Source: an uncultured Pseudomonadota bacterium
Lineage (GTDB): Bacteria > Myxococcota_A > Polyangia > Fen-1088
DNA length: 64,000 nucleotides
Direction of reading: 5' to 3'
Assembly: GCA_963847705.1 (NCBI GenBank)
Contig: CAWKBC010000021.1
Coordinates: 96,001-160,000, forward strand
The first letter of the stretch is position 1; the number at the start of each line of letters is the position of its first letter. Under the pieces are notes generated by a model. That model worked only from the letters and a program-made list of their open reading frames with translations. It was not told the DNA's origin and searched no databases. Shown piece after piece: positions 20,226-30,358 of the stretch. Both the position numbers and the translations under genes were made by a program.

Positions 20226-21028
20226 TATTCGCCGCCCTGGCGGGCGCGCGATCCCGGAGCACCAGGCCAGGAAGCCGTCGGCGTCGGATGGCAGGCAAGG
20301 GAAAACCTTACGTCGCGGTGGGCGACGTCCCGTGCGGGCTCCTGGAGTGTCAGAGCGTCGAGGGCTTCGGGCCAAGCCCCCGGGCCAGGCTTTGCACACC
20401 GTCCAGGGCGGCCGATGCCAACCCGCGCACCGTGTTCGCCGCGTCGACAGCCTGCCCGAGATCGGTGAGATTCCTCGACGGCCCTGAGGCCGACCAGCAA
20501 CGACGCCAGGCTCTGCGCGGTCTCGGCGTGCAGCTCGTAAGCGATGCGCCTCCGCTCCTTCTCCTGGGCCGCGAGCGCGTCGTTCAAGAGGGCGCGAATG
20601 GTCTCTTCGGCGCACAAGACGTGCGTGACGGTTGCCAGCAGGAACTCGAGATCCCGTGTCTGGGCTTCCGTCCTGCGGCGAGACGTGACGTCGAGCGCGG
20701 AGGTCAGCAGCGCTGGGCGCCCGCGAAAGGTGACTCCGAACGAGAAGACCTCCACGTAGACGAGCGACCCGTCCTTCCTGCGATGCTTCCAGACGACGCG
20801 TCCGTTCTCGGCGACCTTCTCCCCGGGCGCTTCGCTCGGCTCCAGAGCGTCGATGGTCATGGCGAGAAACTCGTCCCGCGAGTAACCATACTGCAGCACC
20901 GCTGCCCGGTTGACGTCGACCACGTTCGCGAGCTCGACCACCCACATCGGTTGGCTGTTCTCCTCGAACAGGCGGCGGCAGTCGGTCTGAGCCTCCGACC
21001 ATCCAGGCTCGACCCTCTCCTGGGTCAT
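20225..21028 (-). pseudogene. Degraded copy 2 of the PAS kinase (second PAS deleted, frameshifts, HATPase lost)
   Basis: GWSEAQTDCRRLFEE and LLATV|..AEETIRALL match 15483..16874; frameshift after RAVEES. Confidence 0.85.
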
Positions 21029-21083
21029 CCCTGGAACCTCTCGAGACTCCCTGAATACACGTCCATATCGTCCCCGTCACTTT

Positions 21084-21147
21084 GTTGTAACGGCTCGAGC
21101 TGTTGGTTTCCCTGGGGAAACGCCGCCACCTCTGTAGTGGTTTCCCC
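21084..21147 (-). promoter_or_regulatory. Box promoter: GGGGAAACCACTAC-N44-TACAAC
   Basis: Box at 21134-21147 upstream of the kinase pseudogene. Confidence 0.6.
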
Positions 21148-21297
21148 GCGTCCGCGTTTTTAACGGGCACGGTTTCGCCGATGAGTGCTGGCCAGCCGAT
21201 CACCCGACCGACCGACAAAGTGCCGCGGGCGTGCGTCGCCATTTCGGTCCCCGTACGGCGCTCGCGGGCAGAGCGCCAGCGGTAAACGGTCGAGGGG

Positions 21298-21362
21298 GGG
21301 GAATCCCTTACAGACCGCTCTGGTCTTCCGGATTGGTCTTCGTGAGCGCCCCTGCGTATTGC
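21298..21362 (+). promoter_or_regulatory. Box promoter: GGGGAATCCCTTAC-N45-TATTGC
   Basis: Upstream of the lmo0937-like gene at 21399. Confidence 0.7.
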
Positions 21363-21398
21363 TGAGGCGGCTGAACTACCACGAAAAGGGGAACGACG

Positions 21399-21548
21399 AT
21401 GCTTTGGACAATTGCTGTGATCTTGTTGGTGCTCTGGGGGCTCGGGTTGGTGACCTCTTACACGATAGGCGGATACATCCACATCCTGCTGGTCGTGGCG
21501 GTCATCGTCGTCATCATCCGCGTGATCCAGGGAAGGCGCGTCCTATGA
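21399..21548 (+). CDS. lmo0937/DUF5670 small membrane protein (49 aa)
   Basis: Below the ORF-track cutoff: MLWTIAVILLVLWGLGLVTSYTIGGYIHILLVVAVIVVIIRVIQGRRVL; RBS AAGGGG. Confidence 0.9.
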   Translation: MLWTIAVILLVLWGLGLVTSYTIGGYIHILLVVAVIVVIIRVIQGRRVL

Positions 21549-21856
21549 CGACTCTGATGAAGAGGCTCATGACGGCGGTGTTGCTGCTGGCTTTCGCCGG
21601 CGCCCCCTCCCTGGCAAGGGCGGGAACGATCAACAGCGTGCCTTCCGCACCGGCAGCCTCCGTCGAGACGCCGGGTGAGACGCCGGCCAGCTCTGCGCCG
21701 GCCAGCGCCAGACCGGGCGAGACCGCCGATTACGCCGCGCGAGAAGCGACGGCGCCTCAGCTCGGCAACTTCCGGGGTGGGAGCGCGGTGATCTTCATCG
21801 GCGGCGGAACTGTGCTGATCGTGCTGATCATCATCCTCATCGTCTTGGTGCTCTAG
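21545..21856 (+). CDS. Exported protein with signal peptide and C-terminal TM anchor
   Basis: ATGA overlap with the previous gene; signal ...SLARA; DYAAREA..L..FRGG then a hydrophobic tail. Confidence 0.75.
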   Translation: MTTLMKRLMTAVLLLAFAGAPSLARAGTINSVPSAPAASVETPGETPASSAPASARPGETADYAAREATAPQLGNFRGGSAVIFIGGGTVLIVLIIILIVLVL

Positions 21857-22191
21857 CTCCTGGTGGACGACAATGTCATACGGCCGTGCGCCGGAGGCGT
21901 TCCGCGGCTCTCGCTGGTGGGATGTCTCTCGGTGTGCGGCTGCTATGCCGGTTCGGCCCGCAGCGCGACGGCGGCGGAGCTCGGCACCGGGCTGCGCGTC
22001 GACAGCCGTGAATGGTCCCGACCGGTCAGGGGGCATATGTGAGGGGCGGTCGCACTCTCTTGCGGCCAGCGGAGGAATCAATGTTTCTGCTCCATGGAGC
22101 GCTCGCGATAGCCGGGCCCTCGCCAGTAGGAAGGTCCCAGCGACGGCTGGACCGCCGACCATTGACGGCCACAAATCAACAGGAGAATCCA

Positions 22192-22389
22192 ATGAAAACC
22201 AATCTGCGCAGGACCGCCGAGCTCGGCGAGGTGGTGGCGGCGGCGTTCGACAACGCCGCGGATTACAGCGCCAATCCCCGGAGGGTGTCGCGTCTGGTCA
22301 CGCGGGCCGTCGCGGTCATGCTGCGAAACCAGCAGATACGCACGGCGTCCTCACGCTGGCCGTTGTTCATCGTCAGAGAGCAATCATGA
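22192..22389 (+). CDS. Small hypothetical protein (65 aa)
   Basis: RBS AGGAG; ELGEVVAAAFDNAADYSANPRRVSRLVTRAVAVML; ATGA overlap with the next gene. Confidence 0.7.
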   Translation: MKTNLRRTAELGEVVAAAFDNAADYSANPRRVSRLVTRAVAVMLRNQQIRTASSRWPLFIVREQS

Positions 22390-23039
22390 TCAGGCGAGTG
22401 GCCTCGGCCGTGCTGGCCGCCGGCGCGTTCGTTCTCCTGGTGGCCATGCCGACCAGAGGTGGCCAGGGAGCCGGCCGCGCGCTCTCGCTGGTGGTCGCGC
22501 CCGGGGCCTCCCTCGAGCTGGACGGGGATTCGAGCCTGCACCGCTACAGCGCCAAGGCGCATGGAATGGAAGCCGGGGTCGGTCTCGACAGCGCCCGGCT
22601 GCCGACGGCGGTCGAGGCGTCGGACCTGGAGGGTCTGGTTCGCGGACACTTCATCAAGACGTTCCGCCTCTCCGTTCCCGTCGATCAGCTGAGCTCGGGT
22701 GAAAAGGGCCTGGACGCCAACATGCGCAAGGCGCTCAAAGGCGATCGCTACAAGCAGATCCGGTTCCAGATGGATTCGTACGAGGTGGTGGGGCCGCCGG
22801 GGAAGGCCACGCTCACGGTCGTCCTGCACGGCCGTCTGAGCCTGGCCGGTGTCGAGCGGAAGATCGACGTCACCGCCGCGGGCGTCCGGGTCCACGACGG
22901 CCTGGCGATCAGCGGGAGCAAGGACCTCTTGATGACCGACTACCAGATCAAGCCGCCCACCATGATGCTCGGGGCGATCAAGACCAAAGACCTCATCACG
23001 GTGAAGTTCAACGCGACGTTGGAGAGAGAGAAGACCTAG
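22386..23039 (+). CDS. YceI-family lipid/polyisoprenoid-binding protein
   Basis: Signal peptide; LDGDSSLH, LSSGEKGLDANM, GRLSLAGVER, MTDYQIKPP. Confidence 0.85.
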   Translation: MIRRVASAVLAAGAFVLLVAMPTRGGQGAGRALSLVVAPGASLELDGDSSLHRYSAKAHGMEAGVGLDSARLPTAVEASDLEGLVRGHFIKTFRLSVPVDQLSSGEKGLDANMRKALKGDRYKQIRFQMDSYEVVGPPGKATLTVVLHGRLSLAGVERKIDVTAAGVRVHDGLAISGSKDLLMTDYQIKPPTMMLGAIKTKDLITVKFNATLEREKT

Positions 23040-24352
23040 TGAAACTCAAAGTGGCCGCGCTGATGGTGGTCGGTCTCGGCTTGGCGGTGGCCTCGCGGGC
23101 CTTTGCCGAGATCGCGGTCGTCACCACCGACGACGCAGAGGTCGACTTCGGCGGGATGGTGCAGCTCCTGGGCTTCGCGCAGCACCTGGACGACCCCTAC
23201 AAGAACGACGATCGGGTCTACCTGTTCATGAACCGGGCCCGCCTGCGCCTGTCGGGCCACTACGACCGCGTCTCCTTCTATACGGAGATGGGGCTCGGCG
23301 GCGAGGACGCCGTGGTGGCGACGACCGGCGTCTCGCTCAGCCTGCTCGACTTCGCCTTCAACATTCCGCTCGGGTACGGCCGGACGACCTACCTCAAGAT
23401 CGGCCAGTTCAAGGTCCCCTACGGCCGCGAGCAGCTCACCTACGAGGGCAACTTTCAGTTTGCCGATCGGTCGATCAACAACCTCGGCTTCATCGTCGGC
23501 CGGGACGTGGGGGCGGCGGTGGTCTCGCACCCCGGGCTCTTCACCCTGATCGGCGGCGTCTTCACCGGCGGCGGGCGCGACGTGCCGCCGGACCACTACC
23601 TCCCCGAGAAGCTGGGCGTCCCGCTCTTCGCCGCCCGCGCCGGCATCGGCAACTTCGACGACGACCCGTTCTACCTGTCGCAGGACGCCACCGGGTTCCG
23701 CGGTCTGGTCGACCGCCAGCTGAGGGGCGCGTTCTTCGTCAACGCCCTCTACACCAAGGACACGCTGATCGGCCACTCCACGGTCCTCAACGTCAAGCTG
23801 GCCGACAAGTCGCTGCTGCTCGACAGCAACTGGAACCCGTACATCGCCGAGGCGCCCTTCAGTCAAGGGACCTGGTGGCAGGCGGGCGCCGACGCCGCGG
23901 GGCAGGTGGCGCTGCGCGCCGTCGAGCTGACGGGCCAGGCGGCCTTCGACTTCGGCAAGTACTCGAACGGCTACGGCGCCGTTCAGATGTGGGGTGTCCG
24001 GGCGCAGGGGGCCGTGTGCTACCGGGTGTTCGAGGTGGCCATTCGCTACGCGATGCTGGTCCCCGACAGCAACTTCGCCTACGCCACCGTGCCGCTCACC
24101 GGCTCCGAGCCGATCCAGGAGATCACCACCAGCGCCACCTGGTTCATCCGCGGGCAGCGCCTCAAGCTCCTGGCCGACCTCCCCATCATCATTCATGACC
24201 CGGTGTTCACCGAGGCCAACGTCGGCAGCTATGCGGCGACCGATCTTCCGGACCAGGCGACCGTGCTGGCGACGGCCGGGGTTCCGAACGGGAACACCGT
24301 CACCCGACAGAACGTGTTCGAGGCCCGGCTCATGATGCAGGCGCAATTCTGA
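23039..24352 (+). CDS. Outer-membrane porin (OprO/P-like)
   Basis: Signal peptide; RARLRLSG, IGQFKVPYGREQL, GRDVG; C-terminal Phe. Confidence 0.8.
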   Translation: MKLKVAALMVVGLGLAVASRAFAEIAVVTTDDAEVDFGGMVQLLGFAQHLDDPYKNDDRVYLFMNRARLRLSGHYDRVSFYTEMGLGGEDAVVATTGVSLSLLDFAFNIPLGYGRTTYLKIGQFKVPYGREQLTYEGNFQFADRSINNLGFIVGRDVGAAVVSHPGLFTLIGGVFTGGGRDVPPDHYLPEKLGVPLFAARAGIGNFDDDPFYLSQDATGFRGLVDRQLRGAFFVNALYTKDTLIGHSTVLNVKLADKSLLLDSNWNPYIAEAPFSQGTWWQAGADAAGQVALRAVELTGQAAFDFGKYSNGYGAVQMWGVRAQGAVCYRVFEVAIRYAMLVPDSNFAYATVPLTGSEPIQEITTSATWFIRGQRLKLLADLPIIIHDPVFTEANVGSYAATDLPDQATVLATAGVPNGNTVTRQNVFEARLMMQAQF

Positions 24353-24458
24353 GCGCGGACCCGGGCCGGCAATCCTCCTTTCGGTGATCGCCGGCGGAGC
24401 GGTGGCGCGCGCGGGGACGCCGATGTCGATGGCCGGCCCGCCGCGCCGAGGGGAGCGG

Positions 24459-24689
24459 TCAGCGTTTCGGCGCGCGGGCCTCTGCGATCAGCTCCGCCTT
24501 GGCGGCCGCCGAATCTTCCTCGTCACGTCCATGCGCAGAGCCGCGAGCGACGAACTTCTCGTAGGCGCGCCTGGCGATCGCCTCGTCCGCCACGGTCTCG
24601 GGTTGGACGAGGTGCACGACGGCGGCGACGGGCATCGGCAGCGGGCCGTTGGTGCGTGATGGGTTGGGGGGGAACTTGTGGTCCGACAT
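24459..24689 (-). CDS. DUF2934-domain protein
   Basis: EAIARRAYEKFVARGSAHGRDEED.AAAKAEL (the conserved W is replaced by S); RBS GAAGG. Confidence 0.75.
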   Translation of the reverse strand: MSDHKFPPNPSRTNGPLPMPVAAVVHLVQPETVADEAIARRAYEKFVARGSAHGRDEEDSAAAKAELIAEARAPKR

Positions 24690-24737
24690 GGTGGCCTTCT
24701 TTCGCGGTGTGGAGTGCGGAGCGGATGATTCGTGCTC

Positions 24738-24884
24738 AATGAACTCTCCCGCGCCCAGCGCCGGCACTCTGGACAACCCGGGACGACCGTAAGGACTTAC
24801 CCGAACGCGATGGCTTGTCGGGGAAAACACTACGTGGGGCGCGGGTGGCCCCGGACAAGTTCCCCGTTTGGCGCGAGCTATACC
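24738..24884. promoter_or_regulatory. Divergent pair of box promoters
   Basis: Minus: GGGTAAGTCCTTAC (24789-24802)-N45-TTCATT. Plus: GGGGAAAACACTAC (24820-24833)-N17-CCGGACA-N21-TATACC. Confidence 0.7.
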
Positions 24885-24899
24885 CCGCCGGGGGGCGTG

Positions 24900-25157
24900 A
24901 TGGTTTCTACCAGCTTGATCATTGCAGCGATGTCGGACGGTCGTCCGGGACGGTTCTACAGCGTCGACGAGCTCGCCTCCGTGCTCCGCGTCCCGGACAA
25001 GGCGGAGCTGCACGAGCAACTGCGAACCATGGCCGGCGATCCCGACATCCACAGCGCCTTCAAGCTGCTCCAGGGTTCGTCGGACGACTTCTACCGGCGC
25101 CTCTCTTTCGCTCCCATCCTCACGCTCTGCGCGCCGTGGGAGTCGAACGCCAGCTAG
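24900..25157 (+). CDS. Hypothetical protein, possible winged helix
   Basis: YSVDELASVLRV..AELHEQL; directly downstream of a box promoter. Confidence 0.55.
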   Translation: MVSTSLIIAAMSDGRPGRFYSVDELASVLRVPDKAELHEQLRTMAGDPDIHSAFKLLQGSSDDFYRRLSFAPILTLCAPWESNAS

Positions 25158-25237
25158 GGCGCCTTCGGGCGCCACGCCGTCGGGCCAGGTTGTCGTTCGC
25201 TCCGCTCACCGTCGCCTTTCGGCGACGCCCTCCTGGC

Positions 25238-25987
25238 GTGCGGCTGGTCGTCGTCACGGTGGCCGTGGGGCTCCTCCTCGGCTCCGGGCGACCCGGAGTG
25301 GCCGCGGACGGCCCCGATGGAGGCGTGCCGAGAGTCGCGCCGCACGCGGACGGCCCGGCCGGGGCGTTCCTCGGACCGCTGAAGAAGCCGGACGAATCCG
25401 ATCCCGAGCGCCGCTATCCGCTCAAGCCGGGCGCGAACGGCAGCCTCGTCTACGAGGCGCCGCAGTTCTCCGCGGTGGTGGCGCCGGACGGAACCGTGAC
25501 GTTTCAGGATCGGCGGCTCGCCTATTCGGCGCGCAAGGCGACGTTCAGCTTCGACCTCTCCGATGAGTTCGCGCGCGAGCTCGCCCACGGAACCGCCTAT
25601 CCGTACCCCAAGGCCAACTTTCTTGCTGCGACGTTCAAGCGCCGCATGGAGATGGGCGCCGAGGTGAATTCCCGGCAGATGCGCGCGGCGCGGACCGAGC
25701 TGCCGCGCCAGCTCGACGGGCTCTGGGACGACACGCGCTACCGGCGACGAGAGCGCCGGCGGATCGTCTTCCTGCTCTGGCAGGAGCTCGACAGGTCCAC
25801 CGCGGACGGGCGCTCCAGCTCGACGGCCATCGAGGCGTGGATTCGCAAGCGCCTGCCCCGCGGCTCGCCCGACGCCTACAACGACCAGGAGCTCGACGCC
25901 TATGCTCACGAGCGCAAGGGCGGACCCGCGTTCAATCCCTACGGATTGCCCGGGTCAGCGTTGGAAATGCGCTCGCCGTCGCCGTAG
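25238..25987 (+). CDS. Exported hypothetical protein
   Basis: GTG start, signal-like N-terminus, high-GC3 codon usage (FSAVVAPDGTVTF, RRIVFLLW, LPRGSPDAY). Confidence 0.7.
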   Translation: MRLVVVTVAVGLLLGSGRPGVAADGPDGGVPRVAPHADGPAGAFLGPLKKPDESDPERRYPLKPGANGSLVYEAPQFSAVVAPDGTVTFQDRRLAYSARKATFSFDLSDEFARELAHGTAYPYPKANFLAATFKRRMEMGAEVNSRQMRAARTELPRQLDGLWDDTRYRRRERRRIVFLLWQELDRSTADGRSSSTAIEAWIRKRLPRGSPDAYNDQELDAYAHERKGGPAFNPYGLPGSALEMRSPSP

Positions 25988-26018
25988 GTCGAGCGCCGCG
26001 CGCCAGCGGCCGCGCAGG

Positions 26019-26083
26019 GGGAGATCCCCTACCAGCGGTGAGGGTTGTTCCGAGTGACCTCGGCTCACCGCTGCTGGTACTTC
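26019..26083 (+). promoter_or_regulatory. Box promoter with no obvious downstream gene: GGGAGATCCCCTAC-N45-TACTTC
   Basis: Shares GTGACCTCGGCT at the same offset with the 28142 promoter. Confidence 0.6.
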
Positions 26084-26205
26084 AAGGACGGTGCCTGATT
26101 CGCACCTTTCGGGGCGTGGTGGGGCATCGCCGGAGTGGGATCCCTCCCGCCTCGGCGATGCGGGGGGGTTGCCCGCTGACAGCAGGCGCTCGCTGACAGG
26201 CGGGT

Positions 26206-28074
26206 TCAGGCGGTCGCGGCCACTGGTCCCAGGATCACGGCCAGCTCGTCCCGCTCCAGCGTCTCGTGCTCGAGGAGCGCGGTCACCAGGCGATCCAGCT
26301 CTCCCCGACGCTGCGCCAGCATCCCCGACGCTTCTTCCAGCGCGCGCGCCAGGACCCGCCGGGCCTCCTCCTCGATGACGGTGATCGTCGACGAGCTGGT
26401 CCCGCTCTCGCTGCCGATGCGCTGGCCCAGGAAGGGGTGCTCCGCTTCGTGCTCGTAATAGACCGGGCCCAGGCGCTCGCTCATTCCGTAGTGGGCCATC
26501 ATGTGGGAGGCGAGGCGCGTCGCCTCCTTGAGGTCGTTCTCGGCGCCGGTCGAGATGCTTCCCAGGACCAGACGCTCAGAGGCGTAGCCGCCCATGAGGA
26601 CGCGCAGGCGCGACTCCAGCTCCGCCTGCGCCATCAGGTGGCGATCCTCGCCGGGGCTCTGCTGCGTGGCCCCCAGGGCCATCCCGCGCGGGATGATGGT
26701 CACCCGGTGCAGCGGCTCCGCGTCGGCCGAGAAGCGGGCCACCACGGCGTGTCCCGATTCGTGAACTGCCACCCGGCGCTTCTCCTTGGCGTCCAGCTTC
26801 GCCTCGCGCAGATCGCCGAGCACGATCTTGTCGAAGGCCTCGGCGAAGTCGTCGGCGGCGATGGCGTCCCGGGCCTTGCGCGTCGCCGACAACGCCGCCT
26901 CGTTGACCAGGTTGGCCAGATCCGCGCCGGAAAACCCGGGCGTATTTTGGGCCACGACGTCCAGGTTGACGTCGGGTGCCAGCGGCTTGCCCTTGGTGTG
27001 AACGCCCAGGATCGCCTTGCGCGCCTGCAGCTCGGGCCGGTCGACCAGGATGCGCCGGTCGAAGCGCCCGGGTCGCAGCAGCGCCGGGTCGAGCACGTCC
27101 GGGCGGTTGGTCGCCGCGATGACGACGACCAGATCGGTTCGATCGAAGCCGTCCATCTCGGAGAGCAGCTGGTTCAACGTCTGCTCGCGCTCGTCGTTGC
27201 CGCCCCCGAGACCGGTGCCCCGCGAGCGGCCGACGGCGTCGATCTCGTCGATGAACACGATGGTGGGCGCGCTCTTCTTGGCCTCCTTGAAGAGATCGCG
27301 CACGCGCGCCGCCCCCAGGCCCACGAACATCTCGATGAACTCCGACCCGCTGATGGAGAAGAACGGAACGCCCGACTCGCCGGCCACCGCGCGGGCCAGC
27401 AGCGTCTTGCCGGTGCCCGGCGGGCCGGCCAGGAGAACGCCGCGGGGAACCTTGCCGCCCAACCGCTGGAACCGCTCCGGCTCCTTGAGAAACTGGACGA
27501 TCTCCTGCAGGTCCGACTTGGCCGCCTTCAGCCCGGCGATGTCGTTGAAGGTGACGTTCACCGAGGTCGCCTTGTCGAACTTGCGGCTCTGGTTCTTGAT
27601 GAGGCCCCCGAGGGGGCCGCCCGCGCCCAGCATCCCCTTGGCGCGCTTGGAGATCCAGAACCAGGCCGCGATGATCAGCGCCCAGGGGAGCAGCGTGAAC
27701 AGGATCTGGACGGCGAACGGCTGCCGCTGGCTGCGGACGGTGATGCGCACCCCCTTTTGCCGCAGCAGCGGGAGCAGCTGGGAATCGTTGGGCGGGACGT
27801 CGAGCTGGAGGTCTTTGATCTGCCGGCCATCGACCGTCTCGGGGCTCTTCAAGGTGGCGGAGACCAGCTCGCCGTCGAGCACGACCGACTCGACCTTCCC
27901 CTGCTCGATCCACTGGTAAAGCTGCGAGTAGGCGACGGGCGGCTGCGCGGTCCCCTCGGAGTAGCTCTTCCAGAGCCACATCCCCACCAGCATCAGCGGA
28001 AGAATCAGCATCGTCCGGCGCGAGGGGCCCGGGGTGGGCGCCACTCCCGTCGGCGGTCGGCGGTCGTTGTCCAT
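26206..28074 (-). CDS. ftsH: ATP-dependent zinc metalloprotease FtsH
   Basis: Two TM helices, [39 protein letters not shown]. Confidence 0.97.
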   Translation of the reverse strand: MDNDRRPPTGVAPTPGPSRRTMLILPLMLVGMWLWKSYSEGTAQPPVAYSQLYQWIEQGKVESVVLDGELVSATLKSPETVDGRQIKDLQLDVPPNDSQLLPLLRQKGVRITVRSQRQPFAVQILFTLLPWALIIAAWFWISKRAKGMLGAGGPLGGLIKNQSRKFDKATSVNVTFNDIAGLKAAKSDLQEIVQFLKEPERFQRLGGKVPRGVLLAGPPGTGKTLLARAVAGESGVPFFSISGSEFIEMFVGLGAARVRDLFKEAKKSAPTIVFIDEIDAVGRSRGTGLGGGNDEREQTLNQLLSEMDGFDRTDLVVVIAATNRPDVLDPALLRPGRFDRRILVDRPELQARKAILGVHTKGKPLAPDVNLDVVAQNTPGFSGADLANLVNEAALSATRKARDAIAADDFAEAFDKIVLGDLREAKLDAKEKRRVAVHESGHAVVARFSADAEPLHRVTIIPRGMALGATQQSPGEDRHLMAQAELESRLRVLMGGYASERLVLGSISTGAENDLKEATRLASHMMAHYGMSERLGPVYYEHEAEHPFLGQRIGSESGTSSSTITVIEEEARRVLARALEEASGMLAQRRGELDRLVTALLEHETLERDELAVILGPVAATA

Positions 28075-28141
28075 GCGCGGGTTCTAGCGCCTGGCCGGCG
28101 CTTGCGCTCTCCGGGAGTGATGACCGGCCGGCGAGGTTGGG

Positions 28142-28206
28142 GGGGAAACCCTGACGAACGGCGAGGGTCCTTCGGCGTGACCTCGGCTGGACAGACCTGC
28201 TACTCG
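28142..28206 (+). promoter_or_regulatory. Box promoter: GGGGAAACCCTGAC-N45-TACTCG
   Basis: Lies between ftsH (divergent) and the 51-aa ORF. Confidence 0.65.
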
Positions 28207-28230
28207 TCGCCTCCGAGGGGAGACACCGCA

Positions 28231-28386
28231 ATGGAGAAGGTGAGTGGCAGAGCCAAAGGCAGGTTCAAGCGCCTGGCCGATCAGATGGAAAGCACTCTGA
28301 AAGACATCGCCTACGACGCCCGCCTGGTCGCCAAGACCGTCACGAAATTGGTGAAGGGTCTCTTGAACGGCCAGCACCGACCATAG
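28231..28386 (+). CDS. Small basic amphipathic protein (51 aa)
   Basis: RBS GGGGAG; MEKVSGRAKGRFKRLADQMESTLKDIAYDARLVAKTVTKLVKGLLNGQHRP; has its own box promoter. Confidence 0.6.
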   Translation: MEKVSGRAKGRFKRLADQMESTLKDIAYDARLVAKTVTKLVKGLLNGQHRP

Positions 28387-28535
28387 CGGCTCGTGAACTG
28401 TTTTCAGGCCGTCAGCTGACCGCCAAAGGGATCTCGACCACCGAGGTCCAGGTTGGGGCGAGCCCGCCCCCACCATGAAATCGAGGCGGCTCACGCTGGC
28501 CAGCCTCGACGCTGGGCGTCCGGGCTCGCCGACTG

Positions 28536-29621
28536 TTACTTGTCTGACCCGAGCGGCAACTCCAGCGCAAAGACACAACCCTTCGCAGGGAGGTTGCGCA
28601 CGCGGAGCTCTCCGCCGACCGCGCGGACACTTTGCCGGCTGACGGCCAGGCCGAGGCCCAACCCCGATCGGTCGATGTTCCGCTGTTCGAAGGACTGGAA
28701 CAGGCCCTCTTCGTCGCCGGGTGGCAGGCCGCCGCATTCGTCTTCGACCTCGATGCAGACCCTCTCACCCGCGATCTCCGCCACCCGCAGGCAGATGGTG
28801 CTGCCGGGCGCCGAGAACTTGAAGGCGTTGCGCAGCAGGTTGACGACGGCGCCCACCACCAGCAGTCGATCGGTCTCGATCTGGAGCGTCTCGTCCAGCT
28901 GGGAGACCTCCAGCCTGAACCCGCGCGCGGCCGCCTCGATCGTCGCCACGACCTGGATCTCCTCCATCAGCTCGGCGACCCAGACGCGCTCGCGGGCGAA
29001 GACGCCGGTGGCCGCCCGAACCTGGGCCACCGATCGGTCCACCACGTCGGCGATCGAGTTCAAGGTCCGCTCGAGGACGGCGCCGGTGCTGCCGCCGATC
29101 CCGACCTTTCCTTGCTTGAGCACATGGAACGTCAGCTTGGCGGTGCTGACCAGGTTGTTCAGCTCATGGGCCAGGAAGCCGGTTCGCTCATTTTCCTGCT
29201 CGGACTGCTGGCGGGCGCGCTGGCGTTCGAACTCGGTGACCGCCTGAGCGATCGCGAAGTCCAAACACTTGTTCAAGGTGCGAAAGTCGTCCGAGGATAT
29301 GGTCTTGTCCAGATCGACCGCCAGCTCCGTGATCGCCTGGCAAACGTCGCCATAGTCGTGGACCAGCTGGTCGACCGTGAACCCGATTCTCATCCGCTTT
29401 GCGCCGTGACTGGCCGCGGTCCGTCCGAGGTCGGGATCGCCGACCGAGCCACGCAACTCGTGCGCTTTCAGGACGGCCATGAGCTGCTCGAGGAACAGCG
29501 GAACCCCCGTCTCCATTTCGGCTTCGGTCGGCCGCGGCGCCATCCGAACCGCCACCTTCTGCCGTGTCAGGGCCACGATTTCTGCGCGGTGAAGAAAGAT
29601 GAAGTCGTGGAGCACGCGCAT
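28536..29621 (-). CDS. Cytoplasmic sensor histidine kinase (RsbRD_N-like N-terminus)
   Basis: LVHDYGDVCQAIT, H-box AHELNN, NLLRNAFKF, DECGGL, GLGLGL. Confidence 0.9.
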   Translation of the reverse strand: MRVLHDFIFLHRAEIVALTRQKVAVRMAPRPTEAEMETGVPLFLEQLMAVLKAHELRGSVGDPDLGRTAASHGAKRMRIGFTVDQLVHDYGDVCQAITELAVDLDKTISSDDFRTLNKCLDFAIAQAVTEFERQRARQQSEQENERTGFLAHELNNLVSTAKLTFHVLKQGKVGIGGSTGAVLERTLNSIADVVDRSVAQVRAATGVFARERVWVAELMEEIQVVATIEAAARGFRLEVSQLDETLQIETDRLLVVGAVVNLLRNAFKFSAPGSTICLRVAEIAGERVCIEVEDECGGLPPGDEEGLFQSFEQRNIDRSGLGLGLAVSRQSVRAVGGELRVRNLPAKGCVFALELPLGSDK

Positions 29622-29689
29622 ACGATAAGCATCGCGGCCTCCGGTAGTTCGCCCCGATACACGATTGAAGGCACTCGTGACCCCCGGCG

Positions 29690-30358
29690 TCAAGCAACGG
29701 CCGCGCCGGACCCGAAAACGCCGCAATCGAGGGCGAGCCTCACCAGGTCGACACGCGAAGCGAGCCCCAGCTTCTCCATGACCCTGGCGCGATAGGTCTC
29801 GACCGATTTGACGCCCAGTTGCAGCTCCTCGGCAATTTGAGCGTTAGTGAAGCCCTCTGCGACACGCCGCATGACCTCCAGCTCTCTCGAGGTCAGCTGC
29901 GCCATCCCGCGTGCGCGCTCTGCGTCGGCGGCGTTCGAGCGCAGCGGGCTCCGCGCGAGCTCCAACCCGACCGAGGCGTCCATGAAGGTGCGTCCCTGCG
30001 CGACCGCCCGGATCGCCGCCAGAAGCTCGGTATCGACCGCCCTCTTCACGACGTAGCCGTCGGCGCCGGCCCTTCCGGCCGCGCGAAGGTAGCCGAGCTC
30101 GTCGTGGACCGTGAGAGCGATGATCCGCGTCCTCGGACGGATCCGCTTGACCGCGGCCATCGCGGCGAGCCCTCCGCCGTCCGGCATGCTGATGTCCATC
30201 AACACCACGTCCGGTTCGGTGACGCTGACCCCGCGCTCGGCGTCGGGGCCGTTGGCCGCCTCGCCGACCACTTCCATGTCCGGCTGGAGGTTGATGAGGG
30301 CGCGCAGGCCGCCCCGCAGGATCCCATGATTGTCCACCACGAAGACCCGCACGCTCAC
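29690..30358 (-). CDS. NarL/FixJ-family response regulator (copy 2)
   Basis: Near-identical to 14824..15486; acidic pocket DD changed to DN. Confidence 0.92.
   Translation of the reverse strand: MSVRVFVVDNHGILRGGLRALINLQPDMEVVGEAANGPDAERGVSVTEPDVVLMDISMPDGGGLAAMAAVKRIRPRTRIIALTVHDELGYLRAAGRAGADGYVVKRAVDTELLAAIRAVAQGRTFMDASVGLELARSPLRSNAADAERARGMAQLTSRELEVMRRVAEGFTNAQIAEELQLGVKSVETYRARVMEKLGLASRVDLVRLALDCGVFGSGAAVA

Noticed and set aside
29643-29656. Additional box (TCGGGGCGAACTAC) upstream of kinase 28536..29621
   Set aside because: Poor match, and spacing to a -10-like hexamer is 16 nt rather than 45.
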